Shown: one piece after another, positions 40,444 through 50,068 of the stretch | Numbering within the stretch: position 1 is the first letter of the stretch | How the letters are laid out: each line of letters begins with the position of its first letter | Assembly (NCBI GenBank): GCA_041650335.1 | Contig: JBAZLK010000004.1 | Location: forward strand, 15,990 to 79,989 | Direction of reading: 5' to 3' | DNA length: 64,000 nucleotides | DNA from: Patescibacteria group bacterium | GTDB lineage: Bacteria; Patescibacteriota; Patescibacteriia; JAHIZJ01 | Made by a program: the position numbers and the translations under genes | The notes under the pieces: model-generated | The model's input: only the letters and a program-made list of their open reading frames with translations | Told to the model about the DNA's origin: nothing | Database searches by the model: none

Positions 40444-41635
40444 ATATTGTAATGAGTTTCTGATAATATTTTTCGGCTAGGAATTGATCAGAAAACGCCG
40501 TTGCGTTCTGTCCCATTTCATCGACCCGGCTGATATTTTCTGTCACGAGTTGAATTTTCTTTCTCAGGTCGTTTGGCGAGCCGAGCTTGAAAGTATACCC
40601 CGTTTGGCCCTCGTGAACAAGCTCGGGAATACCGCCGATTTCAGTGGCGATAACGGGCTTGCCATGCTGATAAGCTTCTAATATTACGAGTGGGCAATTT
40701 TCATACCATTGCGACGGCACAATAACCGCCAATGATTTACTAACCAAATCTGATAATTCGTCGCCTTCGCGATAACCAAGGAACGCAACATTCTCCATCT
40801 TTTCGGTTTCAACGCGATGCTTCAGTTCTTTTTCTAATGGGCCGGTACCGACAATTTTTAGTTTTGACGGCAATCCCGCAAATGCCTCGAGTAATAGCGG
40901 CAGCCCCTTTTCTTCAGACAGTCGCCCGACGTATAAGAAGTAGTCGCCGGTGACTTTTTTCGTTGGCGCGGTCTCCGTTACAAAATTGTATATTTGCTCA
41001 ATCCGCTTGGCGCGTATCCCCCAGCGTTTCAGCTGTTCCGCCATGAACATACTCGGACAAATGAAAACATCGACATTTTTTTCGTACAGTTGTAGTGACT
41101 TATGAAGGTACATCTCAAGCGCAGACAAGGTCGAGGCGACGGTTGAATCTTTTATACATCGGTGCCGGATACACTTATAGTATGCACCACCAAACGCGCA
41201 TTCGCAGATCTTACCGTGGCAGAACAGGGCATAATTCGGCGACAGTAATTTATAATCATGAAGCGTCTGTACGATCGGAATATTTCGTTTCTTTATCGCT
41301 GATAATATTGAGGGGGATATTTGGTGGTAAATATTGTGGACGTGCACAAGGTCCGGTTTCTCAGCGTCCAGCAACCGACTGATTTTCCGGCGCGCCTCGA
41401 ACGAATACAGCATCCTACCGGCCGTGCGTAATCCTTGCCAATTCAAGGTGACGTTTTCGAAGTTAACGTTTGAAACAAAATACTTCGAATAGGCTGACGG
41501 GATGTTTTTCTCGTCGCGCATAGAAAAAACGACAACCTCGTGGCCATGCCGTTCGAGCATTTCTTTCAGCTCAAAGAAGTGTTTTTCGGCCCCACCCTTC
41601 AGGTAGTAAAACTTGTTGATCAGCAATATTTTCAT
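40418..41635 (-). CDS. Glycosyltransferase family 4
   Basis: GT-B fold signatures (LLYVGRLSEEKG, EGFGLV-like LVILEAYQHGKPVIAT); 405 aa. Confidence 0.75.
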   Translation of the reverse strand: MKILLINKFYYLKGGAEKHFFELKEMLERHGHEVVVFSMRDEKNIPSAYSKYFVSNVNFENVTLNWQGLRTAGRMLYSFEARRKISRLLDAEKPDLVHVHNIYHQISPSILSAIKKRNIPIVQTLHDYKLLSPNYALFCHGKICECAFGGAYYKCIRHRCIKDSTVASTLSALEMYLHKSLQLYEKNVDVFICPSMFMAEQLKRWGIRAKRIEQIYNFVTETAPTKKVTGDYFLYVGRLSEEKGLPLLLEAFAGLPSKLKIVGTGPLEKELKHRVETEKMENVAFLGYREGDELSDLVSKSLAVIVPSQWYENCPLVILEAYQHGKPVIATEIGGIPELVHEGQTGYTFKLGSPNDLRKKIQLVTENISRVDEMGQNATAFSDQFLAEKYYQKLITIYESLVGKK

Positions 41636-41794
41636 ATTGATATCATACCATTAGTAAAACAACACAGTATAGCAATTATTATACTTCTTGTCAATGCCTC
41701 CTGGCCATACGGATTGACAAAAAATCATTTCAGTGTATATTTATACGTCCGGTTACTGATAGCTTTTCGACAACCTTTGCCATGGGGGTATCCA

Positions 41795-43141
41795 ATGAGA
41801 GGAACCTGGGTATTTGTAGCTGCCTTTCTCATGCTTGCTGGAGTCTGCTGCGCGCCGACATCGCCGCCGCTGACTTCTCAGCAGCCCGCGACCGTGTCGA
41901 CCCAGTCAGTTACTCCTCTCAAGCTGGACTTTGGTTCGGTTTCACCAGGTTGCTCGAACTCGTTGAGCCTCAGGGTGAACAACCTGACGGCCAACCCGAT
42001 CGAGAGCTCGGTGAAGTCGTCGAACAAACACTTCTCGGTCAATCCGTCGGTTATCACTCTCCAGCCGTTCGAGTCTCGGCTGCTCACCGTTACGTACTCG
42101 CCTCTGAAGCACGGTCGGCACAAGTGCACGATCAGCTTCGGGGCGAGGAACCTGAAGACGGTGAAATGCCAAGGCCGCGGCGGCGAGAACAAACCGACCC
42201 GCGACAAGTACTACTGGCCGTTTTCGATCAGCAGCATCTGGAACACGCCGATCGGATCCGAGGCGCACTATGTCTCGGCCGGCCTGCGGCCCAGTCTCTG
42301 GATCGCGCCCGACAAGGAGTATCTGTACTTCGAAGGACGCGAGCGACTGCTCTACGGAAACGGGAAGTGGCCAGGAGAATGCAGCGGCAGCAACGAACTG
42401 GCCAAGATCATCGTGCCGGACGGTGCCTTGATCCCCGCGAACGACGGCAACACGACCTCGGCCTTTGTCTTGGCTGACGGAAACACCGTCTACCAGGCAA
42501 ATCCGACCGCCCGCTGTGATCCCACCGGCCCCGCCTATGCCGGCTGGAAAGCGCCCACCGTCAACTTGTATGGAGATGGGATCGGCGGCGGTCATGGCGG
42601 ATCGAGCCTGGCTACGCTCGGTGGTTCTATCCGCCTGGGCGAGCTATTTAGCCTCGCCCCGATTCGGCACGCGCTGAAGATCGACATCTGGATGGCCCGG
42701 CACGGATCGAAAACCCAGTCAGGCTTCCGCTGGCCGGCCGCGCGCGCCGATCATTACTACCTGCGGGAGTACGACAAGGAGGGCGTCGCCAAGCCGGCCG
42801 TACGCATGGGTTGTCTACTCGCCATTCCGTCCAACATGAACCTCGATTCGCTGGGGCTGAAAACCGACCCGGCAATGAAGATCGCCCAAGCGTTACGCGA
42901 TTACGGGGCCTACGTCGTCGACGACTCATACTGGGATGCCGTCAACCTGTGCGTTGAGAGCGGTGTCCCGGCCGAATTCGCGACTCGCTGCGGCTACGAC
43001 TTCAGCCAACAGTCCGGTGACTGGTACGACGACATGATGAAGCTCTTCCAGCTCCTTTGCGTCGTCGACAACAACACTCCGACAACCGTCGGTGGCGGCG
43101 GACTGCCGCTCGTACCGCCAGCACCGCCGATCGGCAACTGA
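41795..43141 (+). CDS. High-G+C secreted hypothetical protein (signal peptide + Ig-like N-domain + unknown C-domain)
   Basis: start refined to ATG 41795 (MRGTWVFVAAFLMLAGVCC signal/lipoprotein-like peptide) because the longer ORF-track start would overlap the upstream GT4 gene and the AT-rich promoter TTGACA(41725)-N16-TATATT; markedly higher G+C than flanks; spurious overlapping ORFs in all frames. Confidence 0.5.
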   Translation: MRGTWVFVAAFLMLAGVCCAPTSPPLTSQQPATVSTQSVTPLKLDFGSVSPGCSNSLSLRVNNLTANPIESSVKSSNKHFSVNPSVITLQPFESRLLTVTYSPLKHGRHKCTISFGARNLKTVKCQGRGGENKPTRDKYYWPFSISSIWNTPIGSEAHYVSAGLRPSLWIAPDKEYLYFEGRERLLYGNGKWPGECSGSNELAKIIVPDGALIPANDGNTTSAFVLADGNTVYQANPTARCDPTGPAYAGWKAPTVNLYGDGIGGGHGGSSLATLGGSIRLGELFSLAPIRHALKIDIWMARHGSKTQSGFRWPAARADHYYLREYDKEGVAKPAVRMGCLLAIPSNMNLDSLGLKTDPAMKIAQALRDYGAYVVDDSYWDAVNLCVESGVPAEFATRCGYDFSQQSGDWYDDMMKLFQLLCVVDNNTPTTVGGGGLPLVPPAPPIGN

Positions 43142-43166
43142 TCCCCTACTCGAACCTTCTGCCTAC

Positions 43167-43198
43167 GCCTGGCCACATTCGTGACCAGGCATTTTTTT
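43167..43198 (+). terminator. Intrinsic terminator after high-GC gene (GCCTGGCCAC-attc-GTGACCAGGC + T7)
   Basis: 10-bp stem with one bulge immediately followed by ATTTTTTT. Confidence 0.5.
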
Positions 43199-43238
43199 AT
43201 TAAAAAAGAGGCTTTGCCCTCTTACTATTTTATCATAA

Positions 43239-43898
43239 TTAAAACACAACCACGAAGTCCAACGGAATGAAGACCAATCGATTTTTTATTATCGTATAGT
43301 TTGTATACCCAGCCGCTTGCAATAATTTTCGCAGCGCACGTTCTGACAACAGATGCATATAGTCGCCGGCCGCCCATTTCCGATTTGTTCTTTTGATAAT
43401 CGCGTCGAACCACGGTTTTGGCAGATAGTGCAGTAATGGCAGACGCGTATGCACTTCAAACGGAAACATTCTATTAGGCGTGGTCAGATAACCATGCTTG
43501 GCCACGCGGCGTATTTCTTGTAAAAACACCAGTTGTTTCTGTGAATTACCAACGTGTTCGATTACCGCATTTGACCAACAAATATCGAACTGACGTTCGT
43601 CAAAAGGAAATTTTCCGCCACGATACGTTACGACGTTTACGGCCGGATAGCGATGCCTGAATTCGTCCGCCTGATCAACTCCGAGCGCGGTAATATTATG
43701 CTGATATGGAAAATGTTTTTCTAAATAATTATCGGTCTCGCTATACTCGCGTTCAGTGAAACCGACGTCGAGTATCTTTACATTCGGCGAAAGGGTGAAC
43801 GTTTTGATAAAAGCGCGCCACTTCCGGTTTCTATTGTATTCTGATATTTTGTAGGCTAGCGACATTTGATGATTTTCTAACTGCTTCTCAGTATACAC
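43239..43898 (-). CDS. Class I SAM-dependent methyltransferase
   Basis: KILDVGF motif I, ~219 aa, methyltransferase type 11-like. Confidence 0.65.
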   Translation of the reverse strand: MYTEKQLENHQMSLAYKISEYNRNRKWRAFIKTFTLSPNVKILDVGFTEREYSETDNYLEKHFPYQHNITALGVDQADEFRHRYPAVNVVTYRGGKFPFDERQFDICWSNAVIEHVGNSQKQLVFLQEIRRVAKHGYLTTPNRMFPFEVHTRLPLLHYLPKPWFDAIIKRTNRKWAAGDYMHLLSERALRKLLQAAGYTNYTIIKNRLVFIPLDFVVVF

Positions 43899-44011
43899 GC
43901 CACCGGTGGCGCTGACAATTATGTCGACACCCGCCTACCGTCCGATGATTGACAATAGCGTCAAAATTGTGTACCATATTCAGATTCCTATTTTTACGCT
44001 AAGATACATAC

Positions 44012-45211
44012 ATGCGCTTGGCATTTATCACGAACAGCCTTCCCTATCCGCCCGAAAAGGACGGGCAAGCCTTAATCGCCTATCATTTATTGACGCGCCT
44101 GTCTCAACGGCACCAGATCCGATTGCTTTGTTTTGGCGACAAACACGATCTCCCGAATATCAAGCGTTTTACCGACCTCGGCATCAGTGTGAAGCTTTTT
44201 GACCGCCCGAAGCGCCTGCTTCCCTTCTACTATCTCTCGCCGAAGTCGCGTTCAATGGCCTGGTTCCAATACCAGCTGTACACGCCCGAAATGATCTGGG
44301 AAATCGAAACGCTCGACGGTCGCCCCGATGTCGATCTCGTCTATTTCCACTCCCCGTTCATTTCGGCCTACCTGAAACATATCTCACACACACCCGTTGT
44401 TTTTGGTTATATTGACGCGTATTCCTCGTGGTATGAACAATTCCGGGCCATCACGAAAAATCCGTTAAAAAAAATCCATTATCGCTTCGAGCGTGAAAAA
44501 GCTATCGCTCTTGAGCAACACGTCCTGCCGACATTGTCGGAAACTATTGTTGTCTCAGCTGTTGACCGCAAAACCATCCAGCAGCTCGCCCCGACGGCCA
44601 ACGTATCCGTTATTGCCAACGGCGTGGATCTAAAATTCTTCCGTCCCTCGGAATCACAACCTGATAACGAAACGATTGTCTTCACCGGGACCATGAATTT
44701 TCCGCCGAACGTCCGGGCCGTCCTCGATTTCAATAAGAATGTCTGGCCGTTGCTCAAGCAAGCGCACCCGCGAGTCCAATGGTATATCGTCGGAAAGAAT
44801 CCGACCCTCGATATTTTCGAGCTTCAGTCGCTCGATCCACAAATCACCGTTACCGATTATGTAAAGGACATCCGCTGTTATTTATGGCGCTCGGCTGTGT
44901 ATGTCTCGGCCATAACGCTTGGTGCCGGCTTTAAAAACAAAATTGTCGAGGCGATGGCCTGCGGCAAGGCGATCGTCGCCACGCCAACCAGCATCGCTGG
45001 ATTACCGATCTCTGACGGCGAGAATATCTTCGTGGCAAATTCTTCCCATGAAATGTATGAAAAAATACACCGGCTCTTTGAGTCGTCCGATCTACGTCAG
45101 AAGGTTGAACGCCAAGCCCGGATCTTTGCCGAGCAGTATGATTGGAACATAGCTATTCAAAAATACGAATCAATTTTTATTAAACATGCCCGTCCCAATG
45201 CAGAGGTATAG
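44012..45211 (+). CDS. Glycosyltransferase family 4
   Basis: GT-B pattern, C-terminal VYVSAITLGAGFKNKIVEAMACGKAIVAT motif; 399 aa. Confidence 0.7.
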   Translation: MRLAFITNSLPYPPEKDGQALIAYHLLTRLSQRHQIRLLCFGDKHDLPNIKRFTDLGISVKLFDRPKRLLPFYYLSPKSRSMAWFQYQLYTPEMIWEIETLDGRPDVDLVYFHSPFISAYLKHISHTPVVFGYIDAYSSWYEQFRAITKNPLKKIHYRFEREKAIALEQHVLPTLSETIVVSAVDRKTIQQLAPTANVSVIANGVDLKFFRPSESQPDNETIVFTGTMNFPPNVRAVLDFNKNVWPLLKQAHPRVQWYIVGKNPTLDIFELQSLDPQITVTDYVKDIRCYLWRSAVYVSAITLGAGFKNKIVEAMACGKAIVATPTSIAGLPISDGENIFVANSSHEMYEKIHRLFESSDLRQKVERQARIFAEQYDWNIAIQKYESIFIKHARPNAEV

Positions 45212-46583
45212 CTTTCAACGAATCGGACAAACTCTTTTTCTGACGGTGTTGATCGCGGCGCCGCTCTTATATGCCATTACGCGGCATCCGACCTACGAAA
45301 ATATCTTACAAATTTTGATTTTAACGGTATTATTACCGATATTTTTAATTGACTATGAGCTGGGCTTTCTTGCTCTCATCGTCCTTCGCCCAGCCATGGA
45401 CACATTCAGCCAGATTGATTTTCTCAACGTCGGACAATTTTCCCTGAATCTGTCATCCGTGGTCGGTTTGCTGGTCATCGCCTGGATACTATTTTACCTT
45501 ATTCGCCGTCAAGAACGCGTTTGGAAACAGCCGTTGTTTTGGCCCTTTTTTGTCTTTGTCATTATCAGCGTCATCTCATTATTCTACACCCCGTCACTCT
45601 CCGCCACGATCCGGGAAGTCGTCAGGATCGCCAGCATATTCTTTATCTATTTAATGGCTGGCGCCATGGTCGTCAATAGAAAAGGCGCCGCTCGCTTTCT
45701 GAAGGCCATCGCGCTTTCTAGCATCATACCCATAACGGTTGCTTTGTATCAATTTTTCACGCAAACGGGATTGAGCTTTGCCGGATTGAATAACCGCGTC
45801 TACGGCACGCTGGTTCATCCCAATGCCTTTGCTACCTATTTACTCATTATTTTCATTCTCGGATTCGGTTATTTTTTATCCCATCGTCAAGAGGGAATAA
45901 AAAAACACGGTTGGCTCATCATCGGCCTACTTCTTACAATCGGTCTACTGATCTTGACTTATACGCGCGGCGCCTGGATTTGTTTCGGAATTATTGTTTT
46001 CATCATGGGCCTGAAATACTATAAGAAAGTGTTGGTGGCGCTTTTTGGCCTGGCTGTGTTCCTGTTGCTTTTTGGTCCAACGCTTAACCGTTTCATCTTT
46101 ACGAATTTTGACTATGATTTTTCCCGCAATCCTGTCATCCAGCGTCTGACGGAAAAGAATTCCGACGCCGAAAGCTCGATCGATTGGCGCTTCAAGGTCT
46201 GGACGGAAATGAGCCGTAAAATCGCCGACCGGCCGTATCTGGGTTATGGCTTTGGCGCGTTTCCGGTGATCCGCCAGCAATTCGTGAAGGGTATGTACGA
46301 GAGCACCGAGGCTCATAACGACTATCTCCGCCTGGTGATCGAGCTTGGCCTGGTGGGCATACTGGCGTACTTGGTAATTTTAGGTAAGCTTGTTTACAAT
46401 ATTTTCCAACATTTACGAGCCAAGCTTCCAGCGACGGATAAAGCCTGGCTGTATTCCGGCTTATCGCTGATCGCGGCCGTTCTGGTGATGAGCATTTCGG
46501 ACAATGTTCTGCAGGGAACGGCGAATATGTGGCTTTTCTGGGCGGGCATGGCCGTATTGCAAAAACTTCCGACATTAAAGTAG
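45186..46583 (+). CDS. O-antigen ligase / Wzy-like polymerase family polytopic membrane protein
   Basis: ~10-12 TM helices, periplasmic loop with YTRGAW...H motif region typical of Wzy_C/O-antigen ligase family. Confidence 0.6.
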   Translation: MPVPMQRYSFQRIGQTLFLTVLIAAPLLYAITRHPTYENILQILILTVLLPIFLIDYELGFLALIVLRPAMDTFSQIDFLNVGQFSLNLSSVVGLLVIAWILFYLIRRQERVWKQPLFWPFFVFVIISVISLFYTPSLSATIREVVRIASIFFIYLMAGAMVVNRKGAARFLKAIALSSIIPITVALYQFFTQTGLSFAGLNNRVYGTLVHPNAFATYLLIIFILGFGYFLSHRQEGIKKHGWLIIGLLLTIGLLILTYTRGAWICFGIIVFIMGLKYYKKVLVALFGLAVFLLLFGPTLNRFIFTNFDYDFSRNPVIQRLTEKNSDAESSIDWRFKVWTEMSRKIADRPYLGYGFGAFPVIRQQFVKGMYESTEAHNDYLRLVIELGLVGILAYLVILGKLVYNIFQHLRAKLPATDKAWLYSGLSLIAAVLVMSISDNVLQGTANMWLFWAGMAVLQKLPTLK

Positions 46584-46606
46584 TCTTCTTTTTACGCACT
46601 AAACGG

Positions 46607-46635
46607 TTGCCCGAACATTTGGGCAATATTTTATT
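46607..46635 (+). terminator. Intrinsic terminator after O-antigen-ligase-like gene (TTGCCC-gaacattt-GGGCAA + T-rich tail)
   Basis: 6-bp stem, 8-nt loop, followed by TATTTTATT. Confidence 0.45.
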
Positions 46636-46646
46636 ACAAAGAAAAA

Positions 46647-46683
46647 GAGCCCGTTCGTCTCGAGATGAGACTACTAGGGCTCT
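46647..46683 (-). terminator. GC-rich intrinsic terminator of the high-GC minus-strand operon
   Basis: AGAGCCC...GGGCTCT 7-bp outer stem with inner GTCTC/GAGAC stem; on minus strand followed by CUCUUUUUCUUU. Confidence 0.5.
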
Positions 46684-46714
46684 AAAGAGCTGCCGCTTGG
46701 TAGCGGCCTACTGA

Positions 46715-47275
46715 CTACTGCTTCCCGACCCAGGTCCAGGTGCCGTCGGCGTTCCAGATGGGCCGATACCCGCCGAACTGCTGGCCCTTGTCGTTCTTGG
46801 CCCGACTCGGGTGGTTCCAGGTCCACGGCCAGGCCGTGACGCCGTCGGCCGAGGGTCGGCACCAGAGGTAGCACCCCTCGTCCTGGCACTTGCATTCCTT
46901 CAGCGGGATGACGAACTCGACCGCCTGGCTGCCATTGCCCACGTTCGCCACCGTGGGATCGGTTTCGACGCAGAGCAGGCCGCTCAGTCCGACCGTGTAG
47001 GGGCCGGGAACGGGGGTCTGGCCCGACCATTCGATGGCCTTCGGAAAGCTGACGAAGATGCGGATGTGCCACCCGTCAGCAGCCAGATACGAGTCGATCG
47101 GGTTCTTGTCCGACAGGGTCGGACGCGCCGGAGCCGCGGGAGCCGGGGTGACCGCCGCCTTCGCGCTGTCAGCCGGCGGCGGAGCCACCTGGCTGTCCTT
47201 GATCTCGGCCAGCGCGGGCTGGACGAGCGCGAACGTGACAACCGCGACCATGAGCACGAGCATGAGCTTCTTCAT
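46715..47275 (-). CDS. High-G+C secreted hypothetical protein, Cys-containing (186 aa)
   Basis: start refined to ATG at 47275 (MKKLMLVLMVAVVTFALVQPALA signal peptide) with SD GGAGGAATGGAGAA upstream; Ala/Pro-rich linker then domain with CxC...C...C (KECKCQDEGCYLWC). Confidence 0.45.
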   Translation of the reverse strand: MKKLMLVLMVAVVTFALVQPALAEIKDSQVAPPPADSAKAAVTPAPAAPARPTLSDKNPIDSYLAADGWHIRIFVSFPKAIEWSGQTPVPGPYTVGLSGLLCVETDPTVANVGNGSQAVEFVIPLKECKCQDEGCYLWCRPSADGVTAWPWTWNHPSRAKNDKGQQFGGYRPIWNADGTWTWVGKQ

Positions 47276-47333
47276 TTCTCCATTCCTCCGTGGGTTTGAG
47301 TTTCCGAACTTGCTACTAGGTCGTGGCGGGAAC

Positions 47334-48221
47334 TCAGGGGTTCCCGCCGATGTGGATGCCGTAGAGCCGTTCATCTCCGTCCCTGGGGTTCTTGAACTCC
47401 CCGGAGCCGGTGATCGCGTACTCGAAGGCACAGTACCCATTACCCAGATCGTGGATACACTTCAGGAGCGTCGCCTGTTCGAAGTTGTCTTCCGGACCGA
47501 AGTAGACGCCGGCCCGGAGTTCTTCGCCGGTGAGCTTCTGAAGCCTCAGGTAGCCCTTGGACGCCTTCTTGACCATCACCTTCTCGTTCTCGGTGGTCCA
47601 TCGCCCGCTGACGAACTCCATTGCGTGAGCACGATCGCGGAAGCCGGTCCATGTCCCCAGCCATTCGACCGGCTGGGTAGGATCGGCGGGCCAGTTTCGC
47701 CCGTCCGGCAGTCCGGTACCGGTGTACCAGATCTGCGCCGAAATCAGGGAATCAGGTCCGTCTGGGGACACCGCGATCGCCCCGTTCTCGAGGTAGACCG
47801 AGAAGGAACGACAGGTCTCCCACTCATTGGAGCCCGCCGATCCCTGAATCCGAGTGCCGCCGACCGAGATGTCGACCATCCGGTAGTAGCGGCTGTCGGC
47901 CGGATTCTTGGCCCAGAACCAGACTGGGATGCCCTTCTCGTTGCCCCACGACCACCAGAGGTAGTCCCCCTCGACGTGGCCGTCGGCATAGGTGGCAAAC
48001 GGCATCCTGATGTTCCGATCCTGTTCGTATCCAGGCACGACCGGACCGCTGATATACACCGGCCAGCCGTCCTCGGCCACCGCGCACGTCGCGGAAAAGC
48101 CGAGCGTCATCTGTTCCTGCTCGGACAGCCCGGGCGCGGTCATCGTCCACTCGTCACGGCTGCAGCCCAGGGGCATGATCGCCACCAGGACCAGCAGTGC
48201 CACCAACACATACCTGCGCAT
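47334..48221 (-). CDS. High-G+C hypothetical lipoprotein/secreted protein (295 aa)
   Basis: start refined to ATG 48221 (MRRYVLVALLVLVAIMPLGC - signal peptide ending in Cys) with SD GGAGGAAACCGAAG upstream; Trp/Gly-rich beta-type sequence. Confidence 0.45.
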   Translation of the reverse strand: MRRYVLVALLVLVAIMPLGCSRDEWTMTAPGLSEQEQMTLGFSATCAVAEDGWPVYISGPVVPGYEQDRNIRMPFATYADGHVEGDYLWWSWGNEKGIPVWFWAKNPADSRYYRMVDISVGGTRIQGSAGSNEWETCRSFSVYLENGAIAVSPDGPDSLISAQIWYTGTGLPDGRNWPADPTQPVEWLGTWTGFRDRAHAMEFVSGRWTTENEKVMVKKASKGYLRLQKLTGEELRAGVYFGPEDNFEQATLLKCIHDLGNGYCAFEYAITGSGEFKNPRDGDERLYGIHIGGNP

Positions 48222-48244
48222 CTTCGGTTTCCTCCTTCTTCCTT

Positions 48245-50068
48245 CTACCAGCTGTGGTCGAGGCTGATCCCCGCCCACTGCCGGTCCGTGTGGTACACCT
48301 TGCCGTTGACCAGATCCCGGTCGACGGCATCATTCAGGTACTTGAAGTTCCCCTTCAGACGCCACCACCGGTTGATCCGATACTCAATTCCGATCCCGGG
48401 GCCACGCCAGTCGAATGACCAGCTCGGGTTGTCGTACGACCAGGAGTCGTACGAGGCGTAGACGATGATGTAGTGGTTGAACTTGTACCCGATCCGTCCC
48501 TCGAACACCTGCATGGTGTCGGCCGGGAAGGACAGGGTCTGGTTGTCGAAGTGCCGTGACTGTCCGCGGCGGTACTGGACGTCGTACGACGCCCGGAAAT
48601 ACAACGGGTGCGGTTCAATCGAGAAGCTCCCCCCGATCTCGCGATCAAGGTTTGTTCCGCGCTTGAACATCGCCTCGTAGTACCCCAGCTTCGGGGTAAT
48701 GCCGAGCACTCTCGCGTATCCTCCGTAACCATCGAAGTACCGTGCGTCCTCGCGCGCCTTGATGGTCGTGGGCGAAATCTGCCGGTAGTTGATGAACTCG
48801 CGCTGGCCGGCCAGATACCAGGCGCCGGCTTCAAAGCCCGTACGCCAGGCACCCGCCTCGTCGCCGAGGATCCACCCCCGGCCGCCGAGCCGGTAATCGC
48901 CGGACACGTGATTCTTGTCCAGCGACGCCTGCTCGATTCGGATGACAGTCGAGAGATCGCGTAGGCGACCCCAGCCGTCGTAGCCGGAAATCCGTGGCAG
49001 CCACTCCAGTCCTCCCAGGAACGAATGCTGTCGGTCAAGGTTACCCTTCCGGTCTTTCCCGCCCTGGGAATACCGGTAGTCGAGCCACCAGACGCCGCCC
49101 GAGACGAACTCGTGAGACACCTCAGGCTCTTGGGCGTAGAACGGCCCTTCCACCTTGGGCTGTCGAGCCGACTCAGGCGGCGACACCGTCACCTGGCTTT
49201 CGGCTTCGTCCACGAACGCTCGCCTGACATAGGCGGCGTTGCCGCAGACGACGAACCGATACAGGTGGTACCGGTAACCCTCGTAGTCCACAAAGGGATA
49301 TTCGAGGGCAACGGTCCGGTCGACCGACTGTCGCGACTTCGGGTCTTTCCAGAAGCAGGCCGTCCTGCCCCAGGAAATGTTCTTGCCAAAACACAGGCCG
49401 TCGACGATGAGCGGTGACGCCTCAGTTGAGTACATCCAGACACTGTCCGGCGTACTCGCTTCAACGAGGCTCACCCACTCCGCCCGAACCTGGTCCGGTA
49501 CCTTGAAGGACTTGATCTGGTCCTTGAGCGGCGTCCGAGCCGGATCACCGCCGAGGAATTCCCAGCGACGGATGACCTGTTCGGGCTTCTGCGTGAAGAG
49601 ATGCTCGCCCGGCAGGACATACCGTCGATCAAGACCATTCCAGGCTCGAAGAGTATCAGCCGGAACGCCCAGCTCCTTCGAGAGGGCTTTCCAGCCTTCA
49701 CCCGGCTTTACGACTCTGGTGGGTGGCAACCGGATGGGTTCCGGCTGCTTTTCCGAGCGTTTCAGTTCGAGCTTGGTATCCTGGACGGCGACCCAGTTGG
49801 TTGAGTCGCAGTAGGCCAAGACCCGGTACTTCACCCAGAAGGCGTCCTTCCCCGTCTGTTCGACGCAGAAGTCCGTGGCCTTGGGCACCTGTATCCTGAC
49901 CACGCGGTCGTTCACCAGAACGCCCACGTCAACCGTGTTCCTGCCATTCGGCAAGCTCACGGCCTTCAGGTTGATAACGGTGCCCACCGGGGGCTGCGTG
50001 CACTGAGCCAGTGCATTGGTCGAGAAGACCAGCGCGCAGACGAACAACAGAACCGTGAACTGCTTCAT
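48245..50068 (-). CDS. High-G+C secreted protein with LysM-like domain and C-terminal beta-barrel-like region (outer-membrane-protein-like)
   Basis: signal peptide MKQFTVLLFVCALVFSTNALA; LysM-like segment VKPGEGWKALSKELGVPADTLRAWNGLDRRYVLPGEHLF; C-terminal ~300 aa with alternating hydrophobic/aromatic pattern rich in Y/W/G/R ending in ...ISLDHSW (terminal aromatic); SD GGAGGATTCGGTC before ATG. Confidence 0.5.
   Translation of the reverse strand: MKQFTVLLFVCALVFSTNALAQCTQPPVGTVINLKAVSLPNGRNTVDVGVLVNDRVVRIQVPKATDFCVEQTGKDAFWVKYRVLAYCDSTNWVAVQDTKLELKRSEKQPEPIRLPPTRVVKPGEGWKALSKELGVPADTLRAWNGLDRRYVLPGEHLFTQKPEQVIRRWEFLGGDPARTPLKDQIKSFKVPDQVRAEWVSLVEASTPDSVWMYSTEASPLIVDGLCFGKNISWGRTACFWKDPKSRQSVDRTVALEYPFVDYEGYRYHLYRFVVCGNAAYVRRAFVDEAESQVTVSPPESARQPKVEGPFYAQEPEVSHEFVSGGVWWLDYRYSQGGKDRKGNLDRQHSFLGGLEWLPRISGYDGWGRLRDLSTVIRIEQASLDKNHVSGDYRLGGRGWILGDEAGAWRTGFEAGAWYLAGQREFINYRQISPTTIKAREDARYFDGYGGYARVLGITPKLGYYEAMFKRGTNLDREIGGSFSIEPHPLYFRASYDVQYRRGQSRHFDNQTLSFPADTMQVFEGRIGYKFNHYIIVYASYDSWSYDNPSWSFDWRGPGIGIEYRINRWWRLKGNFKYLNDAVDRDLVNGKVYHTDRQWAGISLDHSW

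Noticed and set aside
41540-41794. Long N-terminal extension of the 41540..43141 ORF (85 extra codons)
   Set aside because: The extension would overlap the start of the upstream minus-strand GT4 gene and run through an AT-rich promoter-like element. The signal-peptide-bearing ATG at 41795 coincides with the G+C shift, so the shorter gene was annotated.
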